Below are positions 1 through 10,119 of a stretch of DNA of 46,832 nucleotides, piece by piece; position 1 is the stretch's first letter; each line of letters begins with the position of its first letter. The DNA is taken from NCBI GenBank assembly GCA_964358925.1, contig CAYHRD010000001.1, positions 1 to 46,832 on the forward strand, written 5' to 3'. The notes under the pieces were generated by a model. That model was not told where the DNA came from and made no database searches. It saw nothing but the letters and a program-made list of their open reading frames with translations. The position numbers and the translations under genes are program-made. This DNA comes from an uncultured Sulfurimonas sp. (lineage in GTDB: Bacteria; Campylobacterota; Campylobacteria; Campylobacterales; Sulfurimonadaceae).

Positions 1-44
1 GGACATTTGACGAGTCACAGCAGTATCTAAAAAATAGATATCAG

Positions 45-1364
45 ATGGTAAATATAGGTATTTTACTCTCTGCCGGCGGGCTGATTTACGGAATAGTAGG
101 AAACTATATAAGAGATATTTCCGGTTTCATACCGATAGAAGTCGCTCTCTTATGTATGAACTTTGTTATATTTTTTGCTTTGAGAAAATATCGTAATTTT
201 TTTGAATATTTTGCCATAATTATGACTCTTCAATACACTTTTTTATTTCTATTTCTTATTTATGTCGGCGAACCTAACGACTTAAAACATATCTGGATAT
301 TTACATATCCGATAATACTTCTCTATTTTCAAAAAACTATACATGCAATTTACTGGTTTATATTTATTATTTTTATGCTCATAATTGCGCCGTTGCAAAA
401 TTTTATATCTATCAAATACTCTATGTATCAGGTTACATATATCTCATTTGTTTTAATCATAATCAGCATAATTATCTATTTTTATCAGAGAAAAATAGAT
501 GAAGCTAGAAATATTATTTTAGAACAGCAAAATATGCTGAGAGATTTTAATTTAGAGCTTGAAAAGCAGGTAAAAGAAAAAACAATCGAGTTGATTAAAC
601 TAAACGAATCATTAGAGCTTAAAGTTGAGCAAAAACTAGAAGAGTTAAAAAGCAAAGACCAAATACTTCAGACTCAATCAAAACAAGCAGTGATGGGCGA
701 GATGATAAGCATGATAGCACATCAGTGGAGGCAACCGCTCTCTACGATTACGCTTCAAATAGCAAACTTGCAGTTTAAGCAGCTGCTTGGCAAAGATAGA
801 AACGACCAAGATATCGATAAAGCGTTAAGCAATATAAGCGATACAATTGTTTATCTCTCAGATACTATTGATGATTTTCAGACCTATTTTCGCCCGGATA
901 AGGAAATAGTCGATATTGAAATTCATGAGTTGCTTCAAAGAGCGGTCAATTTTGCCATATCGAGGGTAAATGACAAAAAAATAAGAATATCGATCAATAA
1001 ACATACCGATATACATGTAAAAATATATATAAACGAGCTTGTTCAAGTTATATTAAATATTTTAAATAATGCAATAGATGCACATAATGATCTCAATGTT
1101 AAAGAGCCGTTTATAGCGTTAAGTGCCAAAGTGGCGGGAAGTAAAGTTTTTATATATGTACAAGACAATGCAGGGGGCATAAAGAGTGAAAATTTATTAC
1201 ATCTTTTTGAACCATATTTCAGCACCAAAGGAAAAAACGGAACCGGACTTGGTTTGTATATGAGTCAGATGATTGTTCAAAAGCAGTTTGGGGGCGAGAT
1301 AAGTGTAGAGACTTCTCAAAAGGGCTCTACATTTATCGTAAAAATCCCCAAAAATATAGGTTAA
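45..1364 (+). CDS. Membrane-bound two-component sensor histidine kinase (probably 5'-truncated by the window; the frame is open back to base 3)
   Basis: Several N-terminal TM segments, coiled coil, H-box IAHQWRQPL, N-box NILNNAIDA, G1 DNAGG, F-box LFEPYFSTK, G2 GTGLGL. Confidence 0.92.
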   Translation: MVNIGILLSAGGLIYGIVGNYIRDISGFIPIEVALLCMNFVIFFALRKYRNFFEYFAIIMTLQYTFLFLFLIYVGEPNDLKHIWIFTYPIILLYFQKTIHAIYWFIFIIFMLIIAPLQNFISIKYSMYQVTYISFVLIIISIIIYFYQRKIDEARNIILEQQNMLRDFNLELEKQVKEKTIELIKLNESLELKVEQKLEELKSKDQILQTQSKQAVMGEMISMIAHQWRQPLSTITLQIANLQFKQLLGKDRNDQDIDKALSNISDTIVYLSDTIDDFQTYFRPDKEIVDIEIHELLQRAVNFAISRVNDKKIRISINKHTDIHVKIYINELVQVILNILNNAIDAHNDLNVKEPFIALSAKVAGSKVFIYVQDNAGGIKSENLLHLFEPYFSTKGKNGTGLGLYMSQMIVQKQFGGEISVETSQKGSTFIVKIPKNIG

Positions 1365-1418
1365 TGCTATAAATTGGTAATTTTTGGGATATAATTTATC
1401 AAAAACGAGGGTTTATAT

Positions 1419-2399
1419 ATGTATTTAAAAGATTTGAAGTTCTCTTTGTGGGCTGATTTTATTGAGAGGGATTATTTAGATAACGAGTTTAAAGAGTTAA
1501 TTAATAGTAAAATTATTAACGGTGCAACTTCTAATCCTGCAATCTTTAAAAATGCGATACTAAGTTCAAATGCATATAAAGAACAACTCTCAACTCTATC
1601 TTCTTTGACTCCAAAAGAGAAATATGAAGCCCTTGCAATACATGATATACGAAAAGCAGCAGATATATTAAAACCGCTTTACGAGGTAGGGGATGACGGA
1701 TATGTAAGCATAGAAGTAGATCCCTACCTTTGCGATGACACGGATGCAACCGTTGCAGAGGGAGAGAGACTCTTTTTGGAAATAAACCGCAAAAATATTA
1801 TGATAAAAGTTCCTGCAACAAATGCAGGTTATACGGCTATGCGTGAACTTACCGCTAAGGGAATACCGGTGAATGCTACGCTTATATTTAAAAAAGAGCA
1901 GGCCGTCTTATGCGCGGAAGCTTTTAAGGAGGGTGTGGCAAAATATGGAGAAAAAGTTGATACGGTAATAAGCGTTTTTGTGAGTCGAGTCGATAGAGCT
2001 TTGGATGAAGCGTTGATTAGAGGCGGCGTGGATGCGGCACTTAGCGGAATATATAACAGTGCCGATATCTATGCAGAGATTGAGGGAATGAAAGTTGATG
2101 GATGCAGAGTGCTTTTTGCAAGTACGGGTGTAAAAGATGATTCGCTGCCTCCGCACTACTATATAGAAAAACTTTTAGCATACAATAGTGTAAATACGGC
2201 ACCGGTAGATACCATAAAGGCTTTTCATTTAAACGGAGTCAAAGTGAATGCTCTGCCGATTTCGGCTCAGACTATAGAGGAGCATTTTGAAAAAGTCAGG
2301 GGTTTAGGTATAGATTTTGATACCGTCTTGGATAAGCAGATAGCGGATGGGTTGAAATCTTTTAAAGATGCATTTAAAGATATATTGGAGTCGTTATGA
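1419..2399 (+). CDS. tal: Transaldolase
   Basis: GATSNPAIF, VSIEVDP, Schiff-base IKVPAT, VNATLIF, SVFVSRVD and FASTGVK motifs. Confidence 0.95.
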   Translation: MYLKDLKFSLWADFIERDYLDNEFKELINSKIINGATSNPAIFKNAILSSNAYKEQLSTLSSLTPKEKYEALAIHDIRKAADILKPLYEVGDDGYVSIEVDPYLCDDTDATVAEGERLFLEINRKNIMIKVPATNAGYTAMRELTAKGIPVNATLIFKKEQAVLCAEAFKEGVAKYGEKVDTVISVFVSRVDRALDEALIRGGVDAALSGIYNSADIYAEIEGMKVDGCRVLFASTGVKDDSLPPHYYIEKLLAYNSVNTAPVDTIKAFHLNGVKVNALPISAQTIEEHFEKVRGLGIDFDTVLDKQIADGLKSFKDAFKDILESL

Positions 2400-3595
2400 G
2401 TGACGGTAAAAGTGAAGTAGATATAAGTAAATTAACATTCGAGCAGCTAAAAAAAATCAGAGAGTATCTTAAAAAGCTCATCGAAAACGGCGGGAGCGAC
2501 TTGCATGTTAAAGCCAACGGCATTATCCGTGCAAGGATAAACGGGAATATAGTCCCATTTTCCGGAAGTATATTTTCTCATGAAGATGCTATGACTTTAG
2601 CAAAAGAGATTTTAAGAGGCAGATACTCTGAATTTACCGAAAATAAAGATATCGACTTGGTTTATCAATTTGATGAGAACAACCGTTTCCGTGTAAATAT
2701 TTTCTTTCAAACGGACGGTCCCTCTTTCGTATTTCGTGTTATTCCTATGAAGATACCCACGATTGATCAGATGAACTACCCTGAAGTTGTAAGAACTTTG
2801 ACAAAAGAGGGACGCGGACTTGTTCTTGTTACGGGAGCAACGGGTAGCGGAAAATCAACCACTCTAGCGGCTATGGTAAATGAGATTAATATGACGGATA
2901 AAAAACATATTATAACCATTGAGGATCCTATCGAGTTTGTGCATAAAGACAAAGGATGTGTAATAAATCAGCGTTCGGTCGGGCAAGATACAATCTCTTT
3001 TGATAGAGCTTTAAGAGCGGCTCTGCGTGAAGATCCCGATATCATACTTGTAGGTGAGATGAGAGACCGTGAAACGGTTGAACTTGCGCTCCATGCAGCA
3101 GATACGGGACATTTGGTTTTTTCGACGCTGCATACGATAGATGCAAAAGAGACAATAAACCGTATAATAGCTATATTTCCAAATGATGAGCAAAATCGTG
3201 TTCGACTCTCATTGGCCGGTGTGTTAAAAGGGGTTATATCTCAAAGGTTGATTCCTACTGTAGACGACAAACGAGTTGCGGCAATGGAAATACTTGTAAA
3301 AACTCCTACGATTGAGAAATTGATATTGGAAAATAGAGATTACGAGATTCGCGAAGCGATAGAAAAAGGTCGGGAACACTATAAATCGCAAAGTTTTGAT
3401 CAACATATTTTAGATATATATAATCAAGGGATTATTACAAAAGAAAAAGCAAAAGATTATGCGACAAGTGCATCCGATTTGGAGCTTAGAATGAGTGGTT
3501 TAAACAGCGGAAAAGCTGCAGATTTTATTAATAAGTCCGAGAATAACGGCAAAAGTGAAACAATAACGCAAGATGATGTTTTTGATTTAAAATAG
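2396..3595 (+). CDS. pilT: PilT/PilU-family secretion/twitching ATPase
   Basis: SDLH, Walker A GATGSGKST, Asp box TIEDPIE, ALREDPDIILVGEMRD, His box TGHLVFSTLH. Confidence 0.9.
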   Translation: MSDGKSEVDISKLTFEQLKKIREYLKKLIENGGSDLHVKANGIIRARINGNIVPFSGSIFSHEDAMTLAKEILRGRYSEFTENKDIDLVYQFDENNRFRVNIFFQTDGPSFVFRVIPMKIPTIDQMNYPEVVRTLTKEGRGLVLVTGATGSGKSTTLAAMVNEINMTDKKHIITIEDPIEFVHKDKGCVINQRSVGQDTISFDRALRAALREDPDIILVGEMRDRETVELALHAADTGHLVFSTLHTIDAKETINRIIAIFPNDEQNRVRLSLAGVLKGVISQRLIPTVDDKRVAAMEILVKTPTIEKLILENRDYEIREAIEKGREHYKSQSFDQHILDIYNQGIITKEKAKDYATSASDLELRMSGLNSGKAADFINKSENNGKSETITQDDVFDLK

Positions 3596-3635
3596 CTTTT
3601 GGCATATGCTTTGTTTAACCGTGCTTAAAGCTTAA

Positions 3636-3646
3636 ATGGGTATAAT
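3636..3646 (+). promoter_or_regulatory. Probable sigma70(80)-type -10 element of the rplY operon
   Basis: TATAAT at 3641-3646, preceded by periodic TTAA tracts and followed by RBS AAGGA before ATG 3675. Confidence 0.55.
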
Positions 3647-3674
3647 TCCAAACATTTTTTATTAAGGATTTAAT

Positions 3675-4211
3675 ATGTTAGAAGGCATTATTAGAGAGAG
3701 TATTGGCAAAAAAGGCACGAAGGCGCTTCGCCGTGATGGTTATCTAATTGCAAACATTTACGGAAAAGGGCTTGAAAATATTCACGCTGCATTTAAAGAT
3801 AATGAGTATATCCGTACTGTTCGCAACAAAGATACTTTGGCGTTTCCTATTAAAGTAGGCGCAAAAGAGATGAATGTTGTTGTTCAATCATATGAAGCAC
3901 ATCCGTTAACAGGTAAGCTTTTACATGTAGATTTAATGGTAGCACAATCTGGTGTTTTAACTCATTATCATGTTCCTGTTGTTCCACAAGGTGATGCAAT
4001 CGGTCTTAAAAACAAAGGTCTTGTAAATCTTTCAAAATCTCGCTTAAGAGTTAAAGCTACTATTGAGAATGTTCCAAATAGCATCAATGTAGATATTGCA
4101 AAAATGGATGTAGGTGATTCTATGCTTGTTCGTGATATTGCAAGAATTGACAATGTTACATTCACAGATGCTGATCGTGTATCTGTACTAAGTATAATCA
4201 AAGCTAAGTAA
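3675..4211 (+). CDS. rplY: 50S ribosomal protein L25 / general stress protein Ctc
   Basis: [17 protein letters not shown] and LLHVDL motifs; upstream of pth. Confidence 0.95.
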   Translation: MLEGIIRESIGKKGTKALRRDGYLIANIYGKGLENIHAAFKDNEYIRTVRNKDTLAFPIKVGAKEMNVVVQSYEAHPLTGKLLHVDLMVAQSGVLTHYHVPVVPQGDAIGLKNKGLVNLSKSRLRVKATIENVPNSINVDIAKMDVGDSMLVRDIARIDNVTFTDADRVSVLSIIKAK

Positions 4212-4213
4212 TT

Positions 4214-4771
4214 ATGCTAATAGTCGGTCTGGGAAATCCTGGTCCGGATTATGAACATACTCGTCATAACATAGGTTTTATGGTTATTGACGAGCTTGTT
4301 AAACGACAAAATGCCCAAAAACTCTCTTCGTCTTCATTCAACGGCGAACTCTTCAAATTTTCAAATCATTTTTTATTAAAACCGCTTACATTTATGAATC
4401 TTTCCGGAATTGCCATAGGAGCCGTCAAAAAGTTCTATAAAATCGATGAGGTAGTTGTAATACATGATGATTTGGATTTGCCGTTCGGGACGCTTCGCTT
4501 TAAAAGAGGCGGCGGACACGGCGGGCATAACGGGCTTAAATCTACAGATGAAAATATTTCAAAAGAGTATATTAGAGTTAGGATGGGTATAGGCAAACCT
4601 GAGCATAAAGGTGAGGTCGCCTCTTATGTTTTGAGCGATTTTAATAAAAATGAGCAAGAGCATCTTAAAGAGTGGATTTCTTTTGCATGTGAAGCGGTTG
4701 AGTATTTGTTAACTAATTCATTAGAAGATGTTAGCACTAAATACACAATTAAAAATTTTCAGCTAAAATAG
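4214..4771 (+). CDS. pth: Peptidyl-tRNA hydrolase
   Basis: LIVGLGNPG, TRHNIGF, KPLTFMNLSG, HDDLDL, GGHNGLKS. Confidence 0.97.
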   Translation: MLIVGLGNPGPDYEHTRHNIGFMVIDELVKRQNAQKLSSSSFNGELFKFSNHFLLKPLTFMNLSGIAIGAVKKFYKIDEVVVIHDDLDLPFGTLRFKRGGGHGGHNGLKSTDENISKEYIRVRMGIGKPEHKGEVASYVLSDFNKNEQEHLKEWISFACEAVEYLLTNSLEDVSTKYTIKNFQLK

Positions 4772-4801
4772 CACCAAACTTCTTAGCGGGATATCTAATA
4801 T

Positions 4802-5896
4802 ATGTTGGCTTTTAAATATATCTCTTTTCATTATATTAAATATTTTACTATTATATTGTCGGCGCTTGTCCTATTTTTGGTCGGGTTTGATTATATGGGA
4901 AGTGCTGAAAAACTAGATATTTCCGCAAACCTATTTATTATATATTTGGTTTATAAAGCTTTTTATGCCGTTGATATGCTGCTTCCTATCTCACTTGTTT
5001 TTGCAATGATAAGCACAAAAATATTATTAATCCGCTCCAACGCACTTGTCTCATTTTACTCACTTGGTTACTCAAGAGCCGATATTCTTAAACCGTTTGT
5101 CGTAGTATCAACTATTGTTATTATGCTTTTTATATCGCTACACTCAATTTCCAATTTTGCAAGAGCCGACGAATTTGCTAAGAATATTCGTAAAAATGCA
5201 CAATATCTCAGTCCTACAAGAGATCTCTTTTTCACATATAAAGATAAATTTGTGTATTTTTCAAAGATGCTGCCTTTGCAAGAGAGTGCTGAAGATATAA
5301 GAGTGTTTAGTTTTAACAACAACTCTCTAAAGGAAGTTTTGATAGCTTCAAAAGCTTTATATAGAAATGATGCATGGCAAATAGATAGAGCCGATATTAT
5401 TACCAAACCCGATGAAATTAATTTTGATTCAATGGGGATAAAAGTAGACGAACAGAAAAATTTGAAAATTCTTGAGGGTTTTAGACCCAAAATGCTGGAT
5501 CAAGTCTATGAGGGTAAAGTTAACTTCACTATATATGATGCAATAGATGCATATTCGCTTTTAAAGGAACAAAAAATCAATACGGATGTCGTTAAGAGCG
5601 CTTTATATAAAATATTTGTTTATCCGTTTTTTGTACCTGTTTTAATCGTTATCATTTTCTTTTTTGTTCCGGTAAGCGTCAGATTTTTAAATATCTCGTT
5701 ATTCAGCTTTGGAGCTATTATATCATCGCTTGTAGTGTGGGCGCTTCTTTTTACATTGATTGAACTCTCTAGCCATAAAGCCATACCAAGCGAAGTCGGT
5801 ATTTTTATCCCGATTTTTATACTATTTTTGATTGCCTTGTGGCAGTGGAAAAAGTACTGCAAAGTTGTCACAAGAGGCTTTATAACAAAAATATAA
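4802..5896 (+). CDS. LptF/LptG-family LPS export permease
   Basis: 3 TM + periplasmic domain + 3 TM layout; RSNALVSFYSLGYS resembles the family motif; located between pth and lysA. Confidence 0.8.
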   Translation: MLAFKYISFHYIKYFTIILSALVLFLVGFDYMGSAEKLDISANLFIIYLVYKAFYAVDMLLPISLVFAMISTKILLIRSNALVSFYSLGYSRADILKPFVVVSTIVIMLFISLHSISNFARADEFAKNIRKNAQYLSPTRDLFFTYKDKFVYFSKMLPLQESAEDIRVFSFNNNSLKEVLIASKALYRNDAWQIDRADIITKPDEINFDSMGIKVDEQKNLKILEGFRPKMLDQVYEGKVNFTIYDAIDAYSLLKEQKINTDVVKSALYKIFVYPFFVPVLIVIIFFFVPVSVRFLNISLFSFGAIISSLVVWALLFTLIELSSHKAIPSEVGIFIPIFILFLIALWQWKKYCKVVTRGFITKI

Positions 5897-5939
5897 GTAC
5901 TTTTTTGATAGAATGGTTTAAAAAATATTTGGGACTTTT

Positions 5940-7151
5940 ATGATTAATTTTAAAGAGCTGGCATCTGCATATAAAACACCGCTTTATATATACGATTTAG
6001 ACTACATGACAAAGCAATATGAAGAGTTAAAAGAGGCTTTTAAGGGTAGAAAATCAATTATGGCATATGCCATAAAATCAAACTCAAATCTTAGTATTAT
6101 TAAGCATTTTGCAAGTCTGGGAAGCGGAGCTGATTGTGTCTCCATCGGAGAAGTTCGTCGTGCTTTTTTAGCGGGAATTCCAAGCTACAAAATTATCTTT
6201 TCCGGTGTAGGAAAGAGTGATGATGAGATTAGAGAAGCGATAGAGAGAGATATTTTATATATCAATGTCGAGAGCGAAGCAGAACTCGGTCGTGTAGAGC
6301 TTATCGCAAAAGAGCTAAAAGCTAAATGTAGAATAAGTGTTAGAGTAAATCCAAATATTGACCCTCTGACTCACCCGTATATCTCAACAGGTTTGCATGA
6401 TAATAAATTCGGAGTAGAGATAGATGCTGCAAAAAGAATGTATATCAAAGCAAATAATTCGGAGCATTTAGATCCTGTCGGAATCCATTTTCATATAGGC
6501 TCTCAGCTAACTGAACTTAAACCGATTTATGAGTCTGCAGAGATTGTCGCTGATTTGGTTCGTTCTCTTTCAAACATAAAAATAGAGTTGAAATTTTTTG
6601 ATATAGGCGGAGGGCTTGGCGTTAAGTATAAAAATGAGACGACTATAAAGCCGTATGATTATGCTCAAGCGATACTCTCTACGCTAAAAGGTTTAGATTT
6701 AACGGTTATTTGTGAACCGGGAAGGTTTTTGACTGCAAACGGCGGATATTTTTTAACTAAAGTTCTGTATGAAAAACAAAACGGCGAAAAAAGATTTGTT
6801 GTCGTAGACGGTGCTATGAACGACTTGTTGCGTCCGAGTTTATATAAAGCATATCACAGGATTGAAGCAATAACGCAAAGCAAAACAGATGAGAGCGAAG
6901 CAGATGTAGTCGGTCCCGTTTGTGAAAGCGGCGACTTTTTTGCAAAAAACTATTCATTGCCGATTTTAGAGCATAATGATTTGCTCGTAATTCACAGTGC
7001 GGGAGCATATGGATTTGGAATGGGGAGTAACTACAACACAAGAGGAAGAAGTGCCGAAGTAGCGATAAAAGACGGTGCAGCTAGACTTATTCGAAGAAGA
7101 GAAGAGTTTGAAGACTTGATTGCCTTAGAGAAAGAATTTTTGGTTAAATAA
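5940..7151 (+). CDS. lysA: Diaminopimelate decarboxylase
   Basis: TPLYIYD, YAIKSN (PLP Lys), HFHIGSQ, EPGRF, GPVCESGD, SNYNTR. Confidence 0.97.
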   Translation: MINFKELASAYKTPLYIYDLDYMTKQYEELKEAFKGRKSIMAYAIKSNSNLSIIKHFASLGSGADCVSIGEVRRAFLAGIPSYKIIFSGVGKSDDEIREAIERDILYINVESEAELGRVELIAKELKAKCRISVRVNPNIDPLTHPYISTGLHDNKFGVEIDAAKRMYIKANNSEHLDPVGIHFHIGSQLTELKPIYESAEIVADLVRSLSNIKIELKFFDIGGGLGVKYKNETTIKPYDYAQAILSTLKGLDLTVICEPGRFLTANGGYFLTKVLYEKQNGEKRFVVVDGAMNDLLRPSLYKAYHRIEAITQSKTDESEADVVGPVCESGDFFAKNYSLPILEHNDLLVIHSAGAYGFGMGSNYNTRGRSAEVAIKDGAARLIRRREEFEDLIALEKEFLVK

Positions 7152-7152
7152 A

Positions 7153-7929
7153 ATGTATTTTATAGATGTTCAGGGTACTTTGATTAGCGATACGGACAAA
7201 TCCCCGATTCGCGGGAGCATAGAGTTTATAAATATGCTAAATAAGAAAAAAATCCCATATGTTATTATTACAAACAGTACTAAAAAAACATCGATTGACT
7301 TTTACAATTTTTTAAAGTCTCTTGGGTTTAATTTTGATTTTAACGCATATTTAGATCCTTTAATGACTTTAGAGTCTCGTGTAGCAAAAGATAGCGTTGC
7401 TGCATACGGCTCAGATGAGTTTTTAGATATTTTGTTAAAAATGGGGTATGTTTTTAATTATGAAAATCCTAAAACGGTGTTAATTTCTATAAAAGAGAAT
7501 TTTACTTCTGATGAGTTTGCTCAAATCATAGATTTTTTACTTGGCGGTGCAGGGTTAGTCGGAATGCATGAAACTTCCATATATGCCAAAAACTCTAAAA
7601 GATATCCGGGTGTGGGAGCGATTTTAAAAATGCTTGAATTTGCCACATCATGTAGTTATGCCGTGGTCGGAAAACCAAGTATGGCATTTTATAATGAAGC
7701 TTTAGAAGTAATCAAAAAACAAAACAGCAGTGCCAAATTTAGCGATATAACCATTATTAGCGATGATGTAAAAGGTGATTTAGGCGGAGCGAAAGAGATG
7801 GGTATGAAGACAATTTTTGTAACAAGCGGAAAGTACAAGAGTGCCGACGAGATAGTTCCGTTTCTAAAACCGCAGTTAAGACCTGATTATGTTTATGCAG
7901 ATATGCAAGAAATCTTGGAGGCTTTATGA
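7153..7929 (+). CDS. HAD-IIA family hydrolase (NagD-like)
   Basis: FIDVQGTL motif I, ITNS, VVGKPS, SDDVKGDLGGA, VTSGKY. Confidence 0.85.
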   Translation: MYFIDVQGTLISDTDKSPIRGSIEFINMLNKKKIPYVIITNSTKKTSIDFYNFLKSLGFNFDFNAYLDPLMTLESRVAKDSVAAYGSDEFLDILLKMGYVFNYENPKTVLISIKENFTSDEFAQIIDFLLGGAGLVGMHETSIYAKNSKRYPGVGAILKMLEFATSCSYAVVGKPSMAFYNEALEVIKKQNSSAKFSDITIISDDVKGDLGGAKEMGMKTIFVTSGKYKSADEIVPFLKPQLRPDYVYADMQEILEAL

Positions 7930-9017
7930 AAACTTTAGATGATTGCAGGGTTGCTATTGATGCTATTGATAATGAGATATTGGAACTTCTCAATAAAAGA
8001 ATGATAATCGTCAAACGCGTAGGTGAGATAAAAAACAGCAGCGGCGGCGCGATTTATAGACCGGAGAGAGAAAAGGCGATTATTCAAAGATTGACTCAAC
8101 ACAGCATTGATCAAAAAGGGATGTTAAACACAAGTGCAATCGAAGCTATATTTTTAGAGATTTTTGCAGTTTCAAGAAATTTAGAACTTCCTGAACGCAT
8201 AGCATATTTGGGACCTGAAGGAAGTTTTACGCACCAAGCGGCAGAGAGTCGTTTTGGAGCTATGAGTGATTATCTATCTCTTGGTTCTATCCATTCCGTT
8301 TTTAAAACGCTTGAGGCGCAAAGAGCTAAATTCGGCGTCGTTCCGATTGAGAATTCAAGAGACGGAGTAGTAGGAGAAACGCTTGACCTGCTTGCAAAAA
8401 GCTCCGTAAAAATTGTAGCAGAGCTTTATATGCCGATTCATATGTCCTTTGCCACAAAAGCAAAAAAACTTAGTCAAATAACTAAAATTTACTCAAAAGA
8501 TAAAGGATTCGGGCAGTGCAGGGAGTTTCTTCAAGAGCATAATCTTGTTAATGTCGAGCAAATTCCCGTAGAGTCTACTGCAAAAGCAGCTATTTTGGCA
8601 GCCCAAAATCCAAATGCAGCTGCAATTTGCAGTCATATCGCAGCAAAATTGTATAGTATACCGACTATGTTTGACCATGTTGAAGACGATATAGGTTCTC
8701 AAACGAGATTTGTTATACTTAGCGACTTTAAAAATGAAAAAAGTCAAGATGATAAAACTTCTATTTTGGTAAGACTCAAAGATTCCGTAAAAGCCGGTTC
8801 GCTCGTTCATTTTCTGCAGGATTTTGACGAACAAAATATAAATCTTTCAAAAATAGAGTCTCGACCTTCAAAAAATAAAGGCGGGTTTGATTACTGGTTC
8901 TTTATAGATTTTTTTGGACATATCGATGATAAAAATTTTCAAAAAGTATTACAAAAACATAAGGGAGAAGTAACTTGGTTAGGAAGTTACGCGAAAGGTG
9001 AAAATAGTGAAATTTAA
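7926..9017 (+). CDS. pheA: Chorismate mutase / prephenate dehydratase
   Basis: N-terminal CM (RVAIDAID), [19 protein letters not shown] motif, ACT domain KIESRP. Confidence 0.96.
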   Translation: MKTLDDCRVAIDAIDNEILELLNKRMIIVKRVGEIKNSSGGAIYRPEREKAIIQRLTQHSIDQKGMLNTSAIEAIFLEIFAVSRNLELPERIAYLGPEGSFTHQAAESRFGAMSDYLSLGSIHSVFKTLEAQRAKFGVVPIENSRDGVVGETLDLLAKSSVKIVAELYMPIHMSFATKAKKLSQITKIYSKDKGFGQCREFLQEHNLVNVEQIPVESTAKAAILAAQNPNAAAICSHIAAKLYSIPTMFDHVEDDIGSQTRFVILSDFKNEKSQDDKTSILVRLKDSVKAGSLVHFLQDFDEQNINLSKIESRPSKNKGGFDYWFFIDFFGHIDDKNFQKVLQKHKGEVTWLGSYAKGENSEI

Positions 9018-10101
9018 CAAAAATTTAGAAAATATTAAAACATATGAAGCAGGAAAGCCGATAGAATTAGTCGTAAGAGAGTTTGGAATAGACCCAAAAG
9101 ATATCGTGAAACTTGCATCAAATGAGAACCCTTGCGGATGTTCGCCGAAAGTTGTAACGGCAGTCGGCAATATCTTATCGAAAATGGCCCTTTACCCTGA
9201 TGATTCTATGATACAGCTAAAAAATGCCCTAAGTACCAGATACGGTGTAGGGAATGAAAATATAATTATAGGCTCGGGAAGTGATCAAGTAATAGAGTTT
9301 TTAATCCATGCAAAAGCACATTCCGGCTCAAAAATCTTGATGAACAGTATAACTTTTGCAATGTATGAGATATATGCCAAACATGTAGGTGCAGAGGTTA
9401 TACGAACAGCTTCGCAAGAGCATAATATGGATGAGTTTTATGAGCTATATAAGAGCGAAAAGCCTGAAATTATATTTATATGCACGCCGAATAATCCTAC
9501 CGGAGATGCATTAGATGCGCAGAAAATATTTGATTTTATAAAAAAGATTGATAACGATACATTAGTTGTAATTGACGGCGCTTATATGGAATATGCAATT
9601 GCAAAAGATGCCAAAAAAGAGATATCCGTAAAAGAACTAATAAAAGATTTTAACAATGTAATCTATCTGGGAACTTTTTCTAAAGCATACGGCCTTGGCG
9701 GAATGAGAGTAGGTTACGGTGTAGCAGATGCAAAAATAATAAAAGAGCTATATAAGCTTAGACCTCCTTTTAATATCACTACTCTATCGCTAGAAGCGGC
9801 AACCGTAGCTTTAAGTGATGAAGAGTTTGTGAAAAAAAGTATTACTCTCAATTTAGAACAGATGAAAAGGTATGAAGAGTTTGCAAAAGAGCAAAAAATA
9901 GATATAATAAACAGTTATACAAATTTTGTTACATTGTGTTTAAACCAAAATCAAAATTCTTCCAAGATATCTAACTTATTGTTGCAAAAAGGGATGATAG
10001 TTAGAGATTTGAGCAGTTACAATATGAACGCCATCAGGGTTACTGTCGGTACAGAAGAACAAAATAGTCGTTTTTTCGGGTTAGTTACACAATTCTTATA
10101 A
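9007..10101 (+). CDS. hisC: Histidinol-phosphate aminotransferase
   Basis: [33 protein letters not shown]; GTG at 9007 follows AAGG (ORF track starts at 8998). Confidence 0.95.
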   Translation: MKFNKNLENIKTYEAGKPIELVVREFGIDPKDIVKLASNENPCGCSPKVVTAVGNILSKMALYPDDSMIQLKNALSTRYGVGNENIIIGSGSDQVIEFLIHAKAHSGSKILMNSITFAMYEIYAKHVGAEVIRTASQEHNMDEFYELYKSEKPEIIFICTPNNPTGDALDAQKIFDFIKKIDNDTLVVIDGAYMEYAIAKDAKKEISVKELIKDFNNVIYLGTFSKAYGLGGMRVGYGVADAKIIKELYKLRPPFNITTLSLEAATVALSDEEFVKKSITLNLEQMKRYEEFAKEQKIDIINSYTNFVTLCLNQNQNSSKISNLLLQKGMIVRDLSSYNMNAIRVTVGTEEQNSRFFGLVTQFL

Positions 10102-10119
10102 TTTTAAAATGGGAAATCA

